From assembly GCA_030141605.1 (NCBI GenBank), contig JAQGDQ010000015.1:372001-436000 (forward strand): a DNA stretch of 64,000 nucleotides. Reading direction: 5' to 3'. Position 1 is the stretch's first letter; each line of letters starts with the position of its first letter. The notes beneath the pieces are model-generated. The model had not been told where the DNA came from, did no database searches, and saw only the letters and a program-made list of their open reading frames with translations. This document shows, in pieces, positions 1 to 30,900 of this stretch. This DNA is from Tubiluchus corallicola. Taxonomy: Eukaryota; Animalia; Priapulida. The position numbers were made by a program, and so were the translations under genes.

Positions 1-17521
<17,521 letters not shown>

Positions 17522-17884
17522 TGTGAAATAACTGTTTCTGGTGACACTCTATTTACAAATATATATCTGTAGGCATAGCATTTTACCTGAATAATATACC
17601 TGAAAAATATAATAAACAAGTTAAGAGAGCCTTGTTGTAGTTGCTTTTGTTCGATACCCTATGGCAGACCTCTCAATCCTAAGAGAAAGGAAATCTGGAG
17701 ACTTTTTAAAAAAAGTTAAAAAAAGATGGATGCTTTACATTGTAAATATAAAACCAGGTTTTTGACTACCATGGAACTGCAACCTTTCAAACCAAAAAAT
17801 TAAACTGATTCAACAGTTTCGTAGTAACTTTACTAATTTAAAATAGCAAAATAACTTAGTGCATTTGCTAAAACTGTCAATCAA

Positions 17885-18459
17885 TGTCACTTGGGCAGCA
17901 AACATTTGAACAGTGGATAGTTGGGCGTAGACACTTGGGCACTGAATACTTGGGCAATGGCTCTTGGACAGCAGACACTTGGGTAGTGGACATGTAGGCA
18001 GTAGGACATTTGGGCAGTAAATACTTTGGCAGTGGACATTTGGATTTTCGACTGTGAACACCCGGTGGTGTACACTTGGACAGCGGTTCCTGGACTATGA
18101 ACACTTTAAGCAGCACAAATGCCAAAATATTTTGCTAGGGAACACTATCAGTTCCACCTATGCAACTACCTATCTTCTTAATTACCAACCTACCTGACTG
18201 CTTACTTACCAACCAATCTACTTCTTATCTATCTGCTTACTTAGTTACTTACCCACAATTCATTTATCCACCTGCTTACCCTGCTTGCCCACCTATTTAC
18301 TTCACCAACTTTTTGCCTACCTACCTCCCACTCTTCCTACCTACCAACCTACCTATCTACTTACCCAGTTAGCTGCTTACCTATCTACTCTTTCTTGTCT
18401 ACCTATTTACCCTTTTCCTATCTACTACCCAAGTGCTATTGCCCAAGTGACCTAGAACC
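17885..18459. repeat. Foldback-like element: minisatellite of GACACTTGGGCAGT-like units, degenerate (CTAC)n centre, inverted copy at the right end
   Basis: Tandem GACA(C/T)TTGG units at 17885-18125 and a (CTAC/CTAT)n tract at 18160-18428. The right end reads GGTTCTAGGTCACTTGGGCA on the minus strand, mirroring left GTCACTTGGGCA. Confidence 0.7.
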
Positions 18460-19189
18460 AACACTCTAAGAAGAGCTGAGTGGCAAAAGCTAAGGAGAAA
18501 CTGTACATGACAAAACCAGAAACGGAAGATTCTGCTATAGTATCTGAACAGTGCAGGATGAAAATAGCATAGGTGAAAATGGTACAGTTAAAAATGACAT
18601 AGTGAAAACGGTACAACAAAATTGCACAGAAAAAAAGGGCACAAATTGAAAAAAGAAAAAATTACGTACTTATAATTTTTTTTAGAAACTCAGTGTTAGG
18701 GGTATATGGTAATTATACCCTGAGGGATATAATTATTTTATTTATTTTTACCTCAGTGTCTGCCAAGAAAGTTATTCTTCAACACTGTTCGTTTGGTTGT
18801 TTTTGTCTGTCAGGAAACAATAAACCTATTAAGCACAAACTGCTTAACAGTTTTCTATGAAACTTAGTAAAGAACATGTGTAGGGGACAAGAAAGATGCA
18901 TTTTTATGCAGATTCCTAGACACGAGAAGGGTGATAACTCCAACCAAACGAGCTTAAAGCATTTGTAAAACTCCATGGAGGTTTCAGAGAGAGTGTTATA
19001 GCTAGAAGAGGAAAGAAGAGGACTTGGCTACAAGATATATTCTTTTTTATCATCTTTTTTATTTATGTATATAATCTTATAAGCTAACTCAGGATGTAAA
19101 TATATGTATTTGTCAGTCGCCAAATGGTTAAAGAAATGGAGACAAACACTAAGTAGAATGTTCTTGCATTCGTATTAATTATAATTCTG

Positions 19190-20453
19190 TTCTTCTTCTT
19201 CACTGAATCAAACGTCCAGGGACATGATTCTGCTCACCTCTCTATGCCAGGACTCCCTACACGCTGCAATGCCCCAAGTGGATTTGTTTCTAAGGATCAA
19301 TGCTGAAGTGTTTAAATCTTTCTGTGCAAAATCTAAGTATGTTAACATTTGTCCTCCTGCAGGTTTTTAGCAGGTTCTATGGCTTGTTGAAGAGCTATCT
19401 TCACTGGAACATCATCAGGTAGTCTAAGCATATACCTAATCCATCTTAAACGTTGTCTTTTTATTTTTCTTGTCCAAGGTTCTTCTTTTATTTTTTCATA
19501 TAGATCTTTGTTTGCAATTTTCTTTGGCCATCTAATACCCAAAATGTTTCTGTAATTTCGCCTTTGAAACCCATCGATTTCAGCTTTATGATTTGCTTTT
19601 AATGTCCAGAGCTCAGAGTTATACAGAAATACAGTTTCGACTAAGGCTGAGAATATTCTGATTTTTGTTTCCAAAGAAATCTTCCTATTTTCAAAAACTT
19701 TTGTGAGTTTTGAGTAAGCTGATAATGCCATTATCTTTCGTCTTAATATGTCGTCCTCTGCTGCTAGCAGACTACCGAGATACTTGCATCTTTGCCATGA
19801 TTCATCACCATGGCGTGTTATATGAAACTCTTCAGTTTTATTTTTGTTTATAACGAGATCCATTCTGTTCAGTTTCTCCTCTATTGAGTTTTTTATTTCA
19901 TCTACTTCTTCTTTGTTTCTTGTAATCCATGCCACATCATCAGCATACTGCATTGATATCGTAGTTGACTTACTTTGTAGAGAGCTGTAACTGTGTTCTT
20001 GTCTTACTTCATTCGGTATTAATTTAGGATCAAGAATTGTGTAGTTGTGATCTTCTAGGTCTTTCAATGGTATAACTTTGTCCTCAGTGAGAGCTATGGC
20101 AAGATATAAAGTGAAAAGTACAGGGCTTAGACAGTCACCCTGAGGTACTCCTTTGCTGGTAGAAAATGGCTGACTCAATTTCCCTTCACACCTGACTTGA
20201 ATTAATAGATTTTCTAACATTATACTTATGATGTACATTTCATCAGGTTCAAGGATTTCTTCCAGACAGCAAAGCAGAGTTTTTCTCCGAACGCAATCAA
20301 AGGCCTTTGACATATTATCACGAGGATATATATTGAGTAATCAGCAGAAGAGATGGCTTTTTCAGCTAGTAATTTACAGGCTTGTACTAATTCAGTAGTA
20401 TTCCTTCCTGGTTGATATGCTGCTTGGCTTGTTGGAATGTAATTCTGTTCAAT
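19190..20453 (-). mobile_element. 5'-truncated non-LTR retrotransposon, RTE-like clade
   Basis: RT motifs SKAFD, GVPQGDCLSPVLF, YADD, KYLGS and LYNSELWTL...RNILGIRW (ORF 20313-19342). A frameshifted upstream piece QAAYQPGRNTTE extends to about 20453. A short (GAA)n 3' tail sits at 19190-19201. Confidence 0.88.
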
Positions 20454-20774
20454 GAATGTGAATACTTAGCTAGTATAATACTTTGCATGTTTGCTTGTTT
20501 ATCTTTGCTTTATGTTTTTTCTATCAAAAGAATCAGATGAACACGTTCAGGATTTTTCGACCTTGACGGAGACCTACTAAACATATTCTAGTTTTATTAC
20601 AGAAATTAGGTGCATCAAAATAACTTCTCTGCCATTTTTTCTACTTATCCATGCGTACCATTTTTTCCTGTGGCATTTTCACCTACAAGCCATCCGAATC
20701 CGAACAACTTGCCAAATAAAATTAGGCAAATTTTCAGTTTGAACAGGTGACCTTGACTCTTCCACTGAAGGTCA

Positions 20775-20857
20775 AGGGCCAAATTATCTGAAGCCCAAAT
20801 ACTGTGGCCTAAATATCTGGGGTCCAAATTGTCTGGGGCTCAAATGTCCGGGAGCCC
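20775..20857. repeat. Short 14-15-bp tandem repeat (GGGCCAAATTNTCT-like), probable end of a non-autonomous DNA element
   Basis: About five units of gg(c/t)ccaaat(t)ntc, ending GGGAGCCC. Confidence 0.55.
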
Positions 20858-21375
20858 AATAAACCTTCAATTGCAACAATTAAACTGTTACATATACATA
20901 CATATACAATATATATATGGTACACATGCATATATTGTTGTATAAATATATATATATATATATATATTTGCCTGTTGGAGCCATTAACTCTCAGTGTTAA
21001 CAGCAAATAAAATTTTATAAAATTCTACCGTAGATCGACAGGGCAAAGCCTATTATATTTGTAGGCTTTTTGAGAAAAAACTGTTGTGTTCGGGCCAACT
21101 GGCAATGCAGCCTAAATTTCACCTTTGTAATAGGCTAGGATAACGCAGTTTAATTCTGTAGCTCATAAACTGGTTAACAATAATTGCTACCCTCCAAGCT
21201 TTGGGCACTCAGCTCTACCTCTTATTACTATTAGCATCCGGGTTTGTTGGATGATCAACTGAACAAGAAACTAGTTACCAGTATCTAACTTTTGTTTTTA
21301 GTTTTACTGATAAGCTTTACAATCTATGATCGAAAACATCTCTCGAACACCATTTAAAAATAACCAAAAACTCAC

Positions 21376-21420
21376 TTTCCATAAAATAACACTACTAAAT
21401 AGTTAAAAAAGACGGACGCT
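21376..21420 (-). other. Probable non-coding first exon of CFAP57
   Basis: Minus-strand donor GTGAGT at 21375-21370 immediately downstream of the X-box, and an acceptor (tttttcag) at 17600 in front of the ATG-bearing exon. The TSS position is inferred. Confidence 0.5.
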
Positions 21421-21425
21421 TTCGC

Positions 21426-21439
21426 ATCTCTATGGAAAC
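21426..21439. promoter_or_regulatory. RFX X-box in the CFAP57/ALKBH7 bidirectional promoter
   Basis: ATCTCTATGGAAAC fits the X-box consensus RYYNYY-AT-RRNAAC and lies between two divergent genes, one of them ciliary. Confidence 0.65.
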
Positions 21440-21638
21440 GGCGTCTATAGCCCCATCTGTAGGTGTGCTTGCCGAATCCCAAAATGCAGTTGTTACACAT
21501 GGCCGTAACAGGGTTTAAATGATATCGGTTACTTGTATTATAAATATTATTTGCATAGTGCGTAACTAATGCTGTTCTGAAATTTCCTTGACAGTCTTTT
21601 GAAAGTGGTAAAAGAAAATATCAACTTTAACCACCAAT

Positions 21639-24051
21639 ATGAGTGGTAATCATCTAAATTTTATGGCGGGTGTCATTTCAAACGTGTTAGTTAGGCATAG
21701 AGGCCCATACCGCCACTCGCTAAATGAGTTAAGAGTAGACCAACAGTTTTTGAAGCGCGTTTTTTCGCAATCCGTTCAGTTCTTTCACGGACAAGCTTGT
21801 GATGAAATGGTGAATTTACCCCGAAAAGAGAAAATTGTAAGCTCTAGTCAAAAATGCATCACGTTTTCAAACACTCGAGCTAAAGAGCATATTGGCATTT
21901 CATTGAACATTTATGAAGATATTGTTTCCCCAGAAGAAGAAGACTTACTCCTGTCAGAAGTACTGCCGATATTAAAGAGGTTGAGATATGAATATGATCA
22001 CTGGGATGATGTAAGTACGTAAATAAGGAATTTCTACTTTTGTCTTCTTGTGGTCATTTCAACATTTTTTAGAGAGAACATATACTGTCAAAAGATGAAT
22101 AAGACTTAGAGGACATAATAGTAGAACAACAGACTAGATATGGTACCTTTTGTAATGGTGACCTTAGCTAACAAAAGAGAACTTGAGTCAAAGAGAAAAT
22201 TAAATTAGAGTTGTATATTGTAATACTGTATTGATATTTGCTGGGATTAAAATAATTGCATGCCAAAATAAGGAGCTCCATAAATAACAGGCTGCATAAG
22301 AAGATGAATGCGAACTGTTTGTATGAATCCAAACACACAACATTTCTGGACTTTAATGTATAGATAACTTGGGAATATGATTAAAATGTTGGAAAATATG
22401 TTTTCACAATCTGTTTTACTTATTGAGATTTCTGGAATTAGAAATAGGTAAACACCTATGTGTGAAATTGTGCACTTGGTACCATCACAATATTGCACTT
22501 TCTTACACTTATAAATACGTTGTTTTTATTGCTGCGAAGTGAGTATACATACAGACTTTTATAGTGACTTTTTATTATTGGCCGAATAAAGCTTGTTGAA
22601 GTTCTTGTTGGTTGGTTCCCGTAATGAGTGCATAATGTACATATATTCCTAGTTTCAGACTAGAGAAATTGATTATCTAACACTAAGCTCAGTAAGCTGA
22701 CACGTTCTAACACTTCTGATTAGAGTTTGATTTTTAAAAACTTTTTTTGTAGGGAATTTTTGATGTTTGCAATAACTCTTAAGAAATATTCCTGTCTGCC
22801 TAGCATTATTTGCTATGAGATGTTTTACTTATCTGGAATGTTTTCTTACTAGGCAATTCATGGTTATCGAGAGACTGAACGATCACTGTGGAAGGAAAGT
22901 AATTTGTCAGTTTTGCAACGAATACAACAATTGTTTATGCCTCCTAATGTACCTTTGTTGCCTGTAGTCCACGTGTTAGACATTGAAAAAATGGGATATA
23001 TTAAACCTCATGTAGATAGTGTTAGGGTGAGTCAGACATGAATCTTTCCTTATTGACATTATACCACCACAATTAAATACAGTAATAATCTAGAAAATTT
23101 AAAGCAAGAACAGCAAGATTTTAGTTTATGTATTGTTGTTCATTGAAAATAATGTCAACTTCCACCTATGAGAAGTTCATTTCTACTATCTTGATTTAAT
23201 TGTAAGTAATGAATTGCATATATACATACAGTCTAAAAAGCTCGATATACATTTTTGTATATGTATGTATATATAATGCTAATGTTATTTCTTATAGTTT
23301 TGTGGCAGTACTATAGCCGGCATTAGTCTGTTGTCCAATGCTATCATGAGATTTATCAACAAAAATGACAAAGAAATGTCTGCTGATGCCTTATTGTCGA
23401 GGAGGTCATTGTACGTTATGAGGTATATGTTAACTTTAGATGATTTAACTTCTTATTTTTAACCTATTAATGGTCTATGTAAATTAAACCACTTTAGTAT
23501 AGAGCAGAACAGTGTGATTAGAGATTGCTAAATAATGTGTAGATAATCAGTTAGATGATTAGTGGCAGTATTTATAAGGCCTTTTAAAATACTTCAGTTG
23601 TTAAGGTGTTCACTTCAGTATCTAAAATTTTCAGCTCTACTCTAGAGTTTTCAGGTATCAAAGTCCAAAAATGTTGGGCCCATTTTTTCCCTCTATCAAC
23701 TTTTGTGCTAAACTTTTTCAAGATCTGCGAAACATTTTAATATACACAGTTAGTTCACTCTTTTACATATATTTTGCATTAGTTGTAGCTTTTTTGAAAC
23801 AGCAAGCTGTGTTTGTCTAGTTGTAATTGTCTATGTTACTTTCTAGCGGAAACGCTCGTTACGACTATACACATGAGGTACTAGAAGACAAGTTTTCGGT
23901 GTTTGAGGGAAAACATGTGCCAAGGGGGCGCCGCATTTCTATCATCAGCCGCTGTGAACCAGTTGATCATCCTGATCATATTAATCCACATGAAGGAGAT
24001 TTAAAAAACCCATGTGGAGGAGACACTTGTAATGAACCAACATGCAGCTGA
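21639..24051 (+). CDS. ALKBH7: Alpha-ketoglutarate-dependent dioxygenase alkB homolog 7, mitochondrial (about 291 aa)
   Basis: Exons 21639-22010, 22853-23026, 23298-23422 and 23847-24051 (GT-AG, phases 0/0/2). Translation contains [71 protein letters not shown] and VPRGRRISIISR, i.e. the HxD...H...R 2OG-Fe(II) signature typical of ALKBH7. The N-terminus is basic like a transit peptide; the start ATG could be 21639 or 21663. Confidence 0.95.
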
Positions 24052-24396
24052 TAGCGATATAACATTATTGAAGTATAATTTTCAGAGTGTTTGTGAACTG
24101 TTAATGTTTGTGAACTCTAGAAGACAACTGAGACTACTAGTAATTTGAACATCAAGTTTATAAAAGCATTTTGCTTTTAAACTTCATCGCATTGATAATT
24201 TTTCAAGTCATTTTATTGTGTCATAATGTATGAATAATGGTTTTTTTATTGGGCCAATATGCTTGGTATTACATTAGTAGTTCTGTGCAATTTCACTGTC
24301 TTCTTTTAGTTAGAAAAATATTTAAAATCTATGTTCCTGCTCGTACTAGCAAATTTGCGTAGACAAATACTAATAAGTGGCTAATATATTTTATGA

Positions 24397-24402
24397 AATA
24401 AA
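24397..24402 (+). other. Likely polyadenylation signal of ALKBH7
   Basis: AATAAA about 350 nt after the stop codon, followed by a GT/T-rich stretch. Confidence 0.5.
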
Positions 24403-27400
24403 ATTTTGTCATGGTACTTAGTCAAAGGTATTGTTGTTTCATTGTTGTTGTCTACTAATGCAGCTTGATCATCAAGTCCTTACATTGCAAACTTTTGAAA
24501 GAGCAGAATTCTAAAACTAAAATCATTTAGAAGCAGATATCGAGACCAGATCTGTAACTGTAAGCGCAAAAGCTACAAATAGACATAAATAGCTTATACT
24601 TTCACTTTCATGAACAGTACAGCACGTGCATTTATGCAGAGACACGTGCGGCAAGCCTATGAATAGGTTTTATTAATGTTGTGAAGAAACTCATTTGAAT
24701 ACTTCCACTGCATATGTCCAGCTGTGGGTTTGAAAGAGGTGATTTTCAAAGCTTATATTTTCATCACTTTTATGTATGATCTCATAATACTACACAATTT
24801 TTATTGTGCAGTAGTTTGTTATGAAATGTAGGTTTGATTAAAAGCCATTCAAAGGATGTCACTTCAGATGTTCGTGCAAGTTTTGAGTCAAAAAAAGTCG
24901 CCATACACATGATTCCATAACTCCACATATTAGCGTGAATTCTAAACTATGACGTGTCAAGTCGCTTAGAAACTAATTACCTTATAGCAGGTTTTGCTTT
25001 AATTTAATTTTTTGTCATTGTGATAAATCTTGGCCTGAATTAGATTGTTTGGACTCCTCGATTGCTGAGTGAGAAAAGAATTTTATATTGTCTCTGACTT
25101 GTGTTATTTTGTACGGAGTAAGTGTTTCTTACATGAAAACAGCTCTTGTACGTTTTTTGGCCATTTTATTCATGAACTTTATAATGAAGCAGAAGGTGGA
25201 CCGATTAGGAAACAGTTTTTCTTGCGTTCAGACAGCTGCAAGTAGATCTACAGCTGAATGTTTTTGGCCTTTCTTGAGAACTTTATGTTTTTGGCATTTC
25301 CTTTCCATGAACGCTTTTGTGAAGAATCAGAAAGAAAACGGACTTTACGTTTAAGAATATCTTTAGTGATTTGCAATAGGTACTGTTAAAGTTGTGGGTG
25401 AACTCATATTCTGTGTGTAAGCACTCACAAAAAATTACCAGGCATCTTAATATTGGCATTAGCTACTTCATGTGAAGTTCGTTTAATTGATTGGAAATGG
25501 TGGATTAAGTTCATTATGCTGCGTTATTATTTGTTTCATCATTATCGTCGTGTCTTTGCCACCAGCATCATATCACCCTAGCCGTTGATCTAGTGGCTCT
25601 ATGCAAGTTATAAAAGCTTCTCAGTAAAAAAATAGGAAGGACAATGTATTTCTTCATAATTTCATTAAAAAACATTTTGCACTAATATTGTGTAATATTG
25701 TTGTAGGCCTAATAACAATTGTGAAAATGAAACAATATTTTTCTACAAAGCAAATCTAGAAACTGGATTTTGAAAGTCACTTTCGCGTTATGGTTGTCCC
25801 AGCAGTTCGTTTTACATTAACTATGTTGGTGCTGCCATCTGTAATTTCAAATTAACTTGTTTTATATCTGCCAATGCATCTTATCTAAAACGAGCTTGGT
25901 AAATATTTTTGAGAACTGAAAATAAGAGCAATAATAAAGAAACTTTAAAATTACACGAAAAGGAGTAACGCCTGGTTGTTCAGATATTCAATACAACGTA
26001 ATGGACATAGTACAAAAAAATCACTAAGATTATTTTCTGGTGGGTTGAAGCAAAGCTTTATTGCATATACAGAGCACTTATTTAAATGATGATTAAAGAA
26101 CTAAATTGGAGGGTCACCAAAAACATATGAATTACGGTGTCTTTTGTACCAAAATAAGTTTTTTTGTGTATGATTAATGCAAATGAGTAATTTACCTTGA
26201 GTTTTTTATATGATTTTGCATAATTACTTCTTTGTTTTTCTGTGCACATTGGTGCTTAACTGATGTACTTTTGGTGTTTCAGTAATTCTTTTGCTTTTCC
26301 AAAATTGTGTGCAGTTCACCAAAAATAATTTTAAATGATTGTTGCGCAATATTTTTTCTAAGGTATAGTATTGTTAGTTGTTTTACTTTTTTTATTATCC
26401 GATATATTTTTTAAGAATGATTTCTTCTAGTTAGACTAGCTATTGTGAAACTGCCGTGTGGATGTTCATTATAACTTTTGCCATGAACCTGACTGCCTGT
26501 TACAGGTTTGATTGGTTTTATATATTTCCGACATTGTTAAGTCGACTTCTGAGATAAAAACAATTGTATAAGGTCTGAAATAAGAGGGAAAAGAGAGATA
26601 GCGGCCTTCAAGAAACCAAATTCACAATTTTTTTGGTATATTTATACTGAATAACAACAGCACTATGTATTATTATTGTACCATCCGCTTATAAATAGTT
26701 ACACTGCATTAAAAATTAATCATACAAAAATATTTCTAGATAACAAATATTTAATACCAAGCTGATGCTTGCACAACGTTTTTCAAGTACACGTTGCAAT
26801 AACGTGTCCTTTTTATTTAATTAACGTTTTTGATTATTGTGTTGAAATACGAAAATTGTACTTTTGTAAATTCGAAGTGTTTATGCATATTGAAAACTGG
26901 CTATTTTTTCTTTGAAAATTTTATCCTATTACAAAATTATAAATTTTGTTCGTGTTTTTTTTTTCAGAACAAAAATCTAGGAATGCAAAATAGTCCAAAC
27001 TCGAATCTGCTAAACGAAAGTACGAAGTACCTTTTCTTAATTCTGTTCGTAAAATCAACACAGGACTTTTTAACGCGCGAAGAACACAGGAAATATAGGT
27101 TGGGAAAACGTAAAATTTAACTAATAAAACAGTGTTTTGAATATAATTAATAAAGCGATGTTCACACTGTGCTTTCACGTTGAAAGTCGGCGCTACAGGC
27201 GGTCATGTGTGCGTGTCATAGTTATGAAAACTGCAGTGTTGTAATTGTGATAAATTGCAGACTCCCTTAATTAAATGTCAACTTCACACAAAGCTTGTGA
27301 TCCTGCCTCATTTGACTGCAGTTTCATGCCACACTTGCACCTGTACTGGAGAAAATGATAATTAGAAGCGTTCAATAAAAGTGGACACTCATAACGTAGC

Positions 27401-27649
27401 TTGCTTGACGTTGCGCAATTTCCATAGGTTGTTATGGCGACGGCTGGACACTGTGAACTCGGACACTAATTGTGGAAAAATTACAATGCGTACAAAAAAA
27501 AAATAGAATACGAAATGGTCATTACCCTATTAGCTTCATCTAATTAAATAACGTTTTATTTAACGCTCCTTTCGTTTTAACAAATAAATTTTATTTTAAC
27601 AAATAAAGAATAAGAAATATAGGAATTAAGTAACTGGCTCATAAAAATA

Positions 27650-27857
27650 GCTCGTGTAAGATAAAGAGAACGGAGACAGAAAGAGAAAGAGGGGAGAACT
27701 GAAAAAGTCGGAGTGAAGTAATGAGAGATTGAACCCAGCAAGACCTGCAAGAAAAGTAAAGATGAGAGAGAAATATAAAGATGGAGAGATGTAGAAAAAA
27801 AGTAGCAGGAGGAGATGAAGTGACAAATTAAAAGAAAATGAGGGAGACGAAGAGAGG

Positions 27858-27906
<49 letters not shown>

Positions 27907-27935
27907 GGGCAGATAAAACTGATCTGCAGACTCCC
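27650..27935. repeat. Purine-rich tract with (GA)n microsatellite
   Basis: Degenerate GA-rich sequence, perfect (GA)n at about 27862-27903, ending CTGCAGACTCCC. Confidence 0.85.
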
Positions 27936-30900
27936 TTGATTCATCAACACTTTACGTCATGTTATGCTACTATGTATGGTAGTTAGCATTCATCATTATA
28001 CGTTGCATTGTGTTCATTACGTTACTTGACATTGGGTTGTGCTGTGTCATGTTGTTTTCAATTGCGAAGAGTCGTTTTCCGTTTTTTTCAAAGGAAATTT
28101 GTAAAGTAGGTTATACAAAACTGGATTGATGATAACAGTGACGTCAACAGTGATGACGATGATAATGATGATCATTATATTATTGATTAATTGGCTGGTC
28201 GAGCATGAGAATTTTTTATATTTAACACTTTATTTAATACAAAACATACTTTACAAATTACAAAACCCGTGACATTTAAAACAACAGTAAACAATTTCAA
28301 GCACCAATCAATTAACTATGTCAATGCAGTTAAATGTAACCACTAATATGCAATAACTATACTCTGACAATTTCGATTTTTCAGTTAAATCATTCCAGTA
28401 TATAGTTCAAAGGTAACCAACTATCCTCAACTTTTTCTAGTAGCCCAACGTTGGAATTTTTCCTTTTTCTGCAAGAAAGAGCATGCTAAAACGATGTGGT
28501 TTGTTTCCCGCTGGATAATTTTTTTTCATATTGCTCCAAACAAAGCTAACGCCCATTCAGGACAATAAATAAGGAACTCCAGATATTTTTTATTCAATTC
28601 TCGACTGTTTTGCGTCTAATTGTTCTACTGTTTGTGCTGGCTTTTAAACAGCGATCGTCAACACAATGGCCAAAAAAACCAAAGTCATGTATGAGGTGAG
28701 GGTTTATCGAATTCACTCAGCCAATAATGCGGTTTCTACGGACAAACTGAAATAAAGGCTGTCGTATTAATCGAATTGCACACAAGCCAAACTAGGTCAT
28801 GTCCGTTTTTCATTAGTTCTTTTCGGCCAGTCGATATTTTGCAGTATTATTGATCAATGGATGACCTATTTTCAACTGCATCAATGCCGATGTTTTGCTT
28901 GATTCGAAATGAAGCCGTTAGTAACTGAAGCCTTATATTCAGTTCAATGGTCAAACGTGCTATTGAGTTTACTCGTCGTGGGCTTGTCACGCCGTCACAA
29001 AAAGAAACTCCAGCATTCGCAGTTGAAGACTACATATTATTGAATACATACACTTATTCTGTTGTTCATTTCTTGTATAGCACAAAGTGCATTGTGTGAA
29101 ATAAGTTTAAACTTAAAAAAATAAAAATTACAATGACGGCGAGATCACATAACTAGTTTCCCTATACAGTTTCCGCATAATTCCTTGCAAAACTTTATAT
29201 TTTTACCAGTTTTTTGCGTATGCCTTGTATACTCACCCCACAAAATCATGATAATTAAGCATTTGTAATTAAGTGCTGATGATAATTAAACGATAATTAT
29301 TTTTTCTTTTTTGAATAATTTATGTTTTTTATTTTCTCTTGAATCATGTCATTATCTTCAAGTTTATTTATTTTTTAACATTATGGCAAAGCCCTATACT
29401 TCACAACCTATTTATTACGTATAATAATTATATCTTATAGAACAGCTGATTATGCTGCAATTAATTAATTATAATTTGTGTGGAACAGTGTTGCAATATG
29501 TATCTAAAAGTATTTTCGACTTCATTTTTATGTAGTTGTTCCCTTTAAATTTTGCATTGTAGTGTAAAACATATTTTTTTGCGAAAAATGTTTGTATTTT
29601 AGAATGTTAAGGTCAGTAAGCATGATGTTTTATAGTGGAAGGCTTTTTGGTGTATACCCCTTTCAAAAATGAGACCTAATAACAATTAACAGATTTACAA
29701 GTCAAAAGTTGCATGCCGTCGACGTTAATTATTGCATTTAGCTTATTTTTCGTAGAAAGGCAGATGGCGTCTAAAGCCTAGTTAAATTTAATTACCTATA
29801 ACGTCATCTAACGCCTACCTGTCCAACAACCAACACAATTACGGGCTATAAACTTTTTAAATTTTATTTTCGCAAAAATAATAGATTTTACATTGATGAC
29901 TGTATATATATTAGATGTGATTATTTGTGATGTTGGCATTCGTGTAATGCCATTTTTGCGATATTTTTGTTCACTAATTGTTACGAAGTACAGCAGTGTG
30001 CGTTCCTTTGAATTACATGATTCCATATTCTTGTTAGACATTGGCTTTATTCGTGTTTTACATTATGTACATTGATATGCACAATAAACTTTTTCCAAAG
30101 GTGTGAACCTTTTCCAAACGATTGTTTTGCAGTCGTTTCTTTGCAATGACATTTCTATGATGAAGACTGAAGTTGTGTTTGTGCAAGTCTAAGCCTTGAT
30201 ATTATAACGAGTTTTGTGAATATTAAATTAAACATTGTGTTGTGCAAAAAATTTAAATGTTCGGAAAAAGTTGTGTGGTCTGTACAGCCAATGTGGCTAT
30301 TTTGCGGGTAATTTCAATTTATTCATTCCTTTTTATTTAAGGTAAGGCTTACTTTAAATTTTCAATGTTGGAACTATCTCATCTATCTGGCACAAAGATG
30401 TTCATATATATTGGCGCGTTATTTTTACATGAAAAATGCTTTACTCACTTTTGTGTCAAAGTTTCCCTAATTGACAGTTCGACAGGTAGTACTATTACAG
30501 TATTTAAATTTAAGCAACCATCCATGGTAACCTGATAATAATGAAATTAATGTAAGAAACGCTCATGTTGAACTAAATAATGGTTCTCGGGAAACGCATA
30601 ATACGGTAGAGCACGCAAGACTCTGTACGTTAAAGTTAGAATAAGCGAAAACCCATTATACAACCTAATCGGTTTATTTGTGAATTTCGAAATTGGGAGA
30701 ATTTTGACAAAGAAACCCTCAGCTGGAGCTGCTGGATGCTTTTATGCGCATGCGTTAGTTTAATAAATGAAAATACGGAAAAATGTAAAAATGTACGGTC
30801 ACATGACCGCTATTGTTCTCTCGAGTGGCATATGGATGGCAGTAAAGGGGCTCTGCATGTTGATGAAATTTCCCATAAAACTGTGATTTTTAGACAAAGA

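Noticed and set aside
17810-18372. Several overlapping 60-83 aa ORFs and short regularly spaced repeats that superficially resemble CRISPR
   Set aside because: Degenerate minisatellite in eukaryotic intron DNA; no unique spacers and no cas genes.
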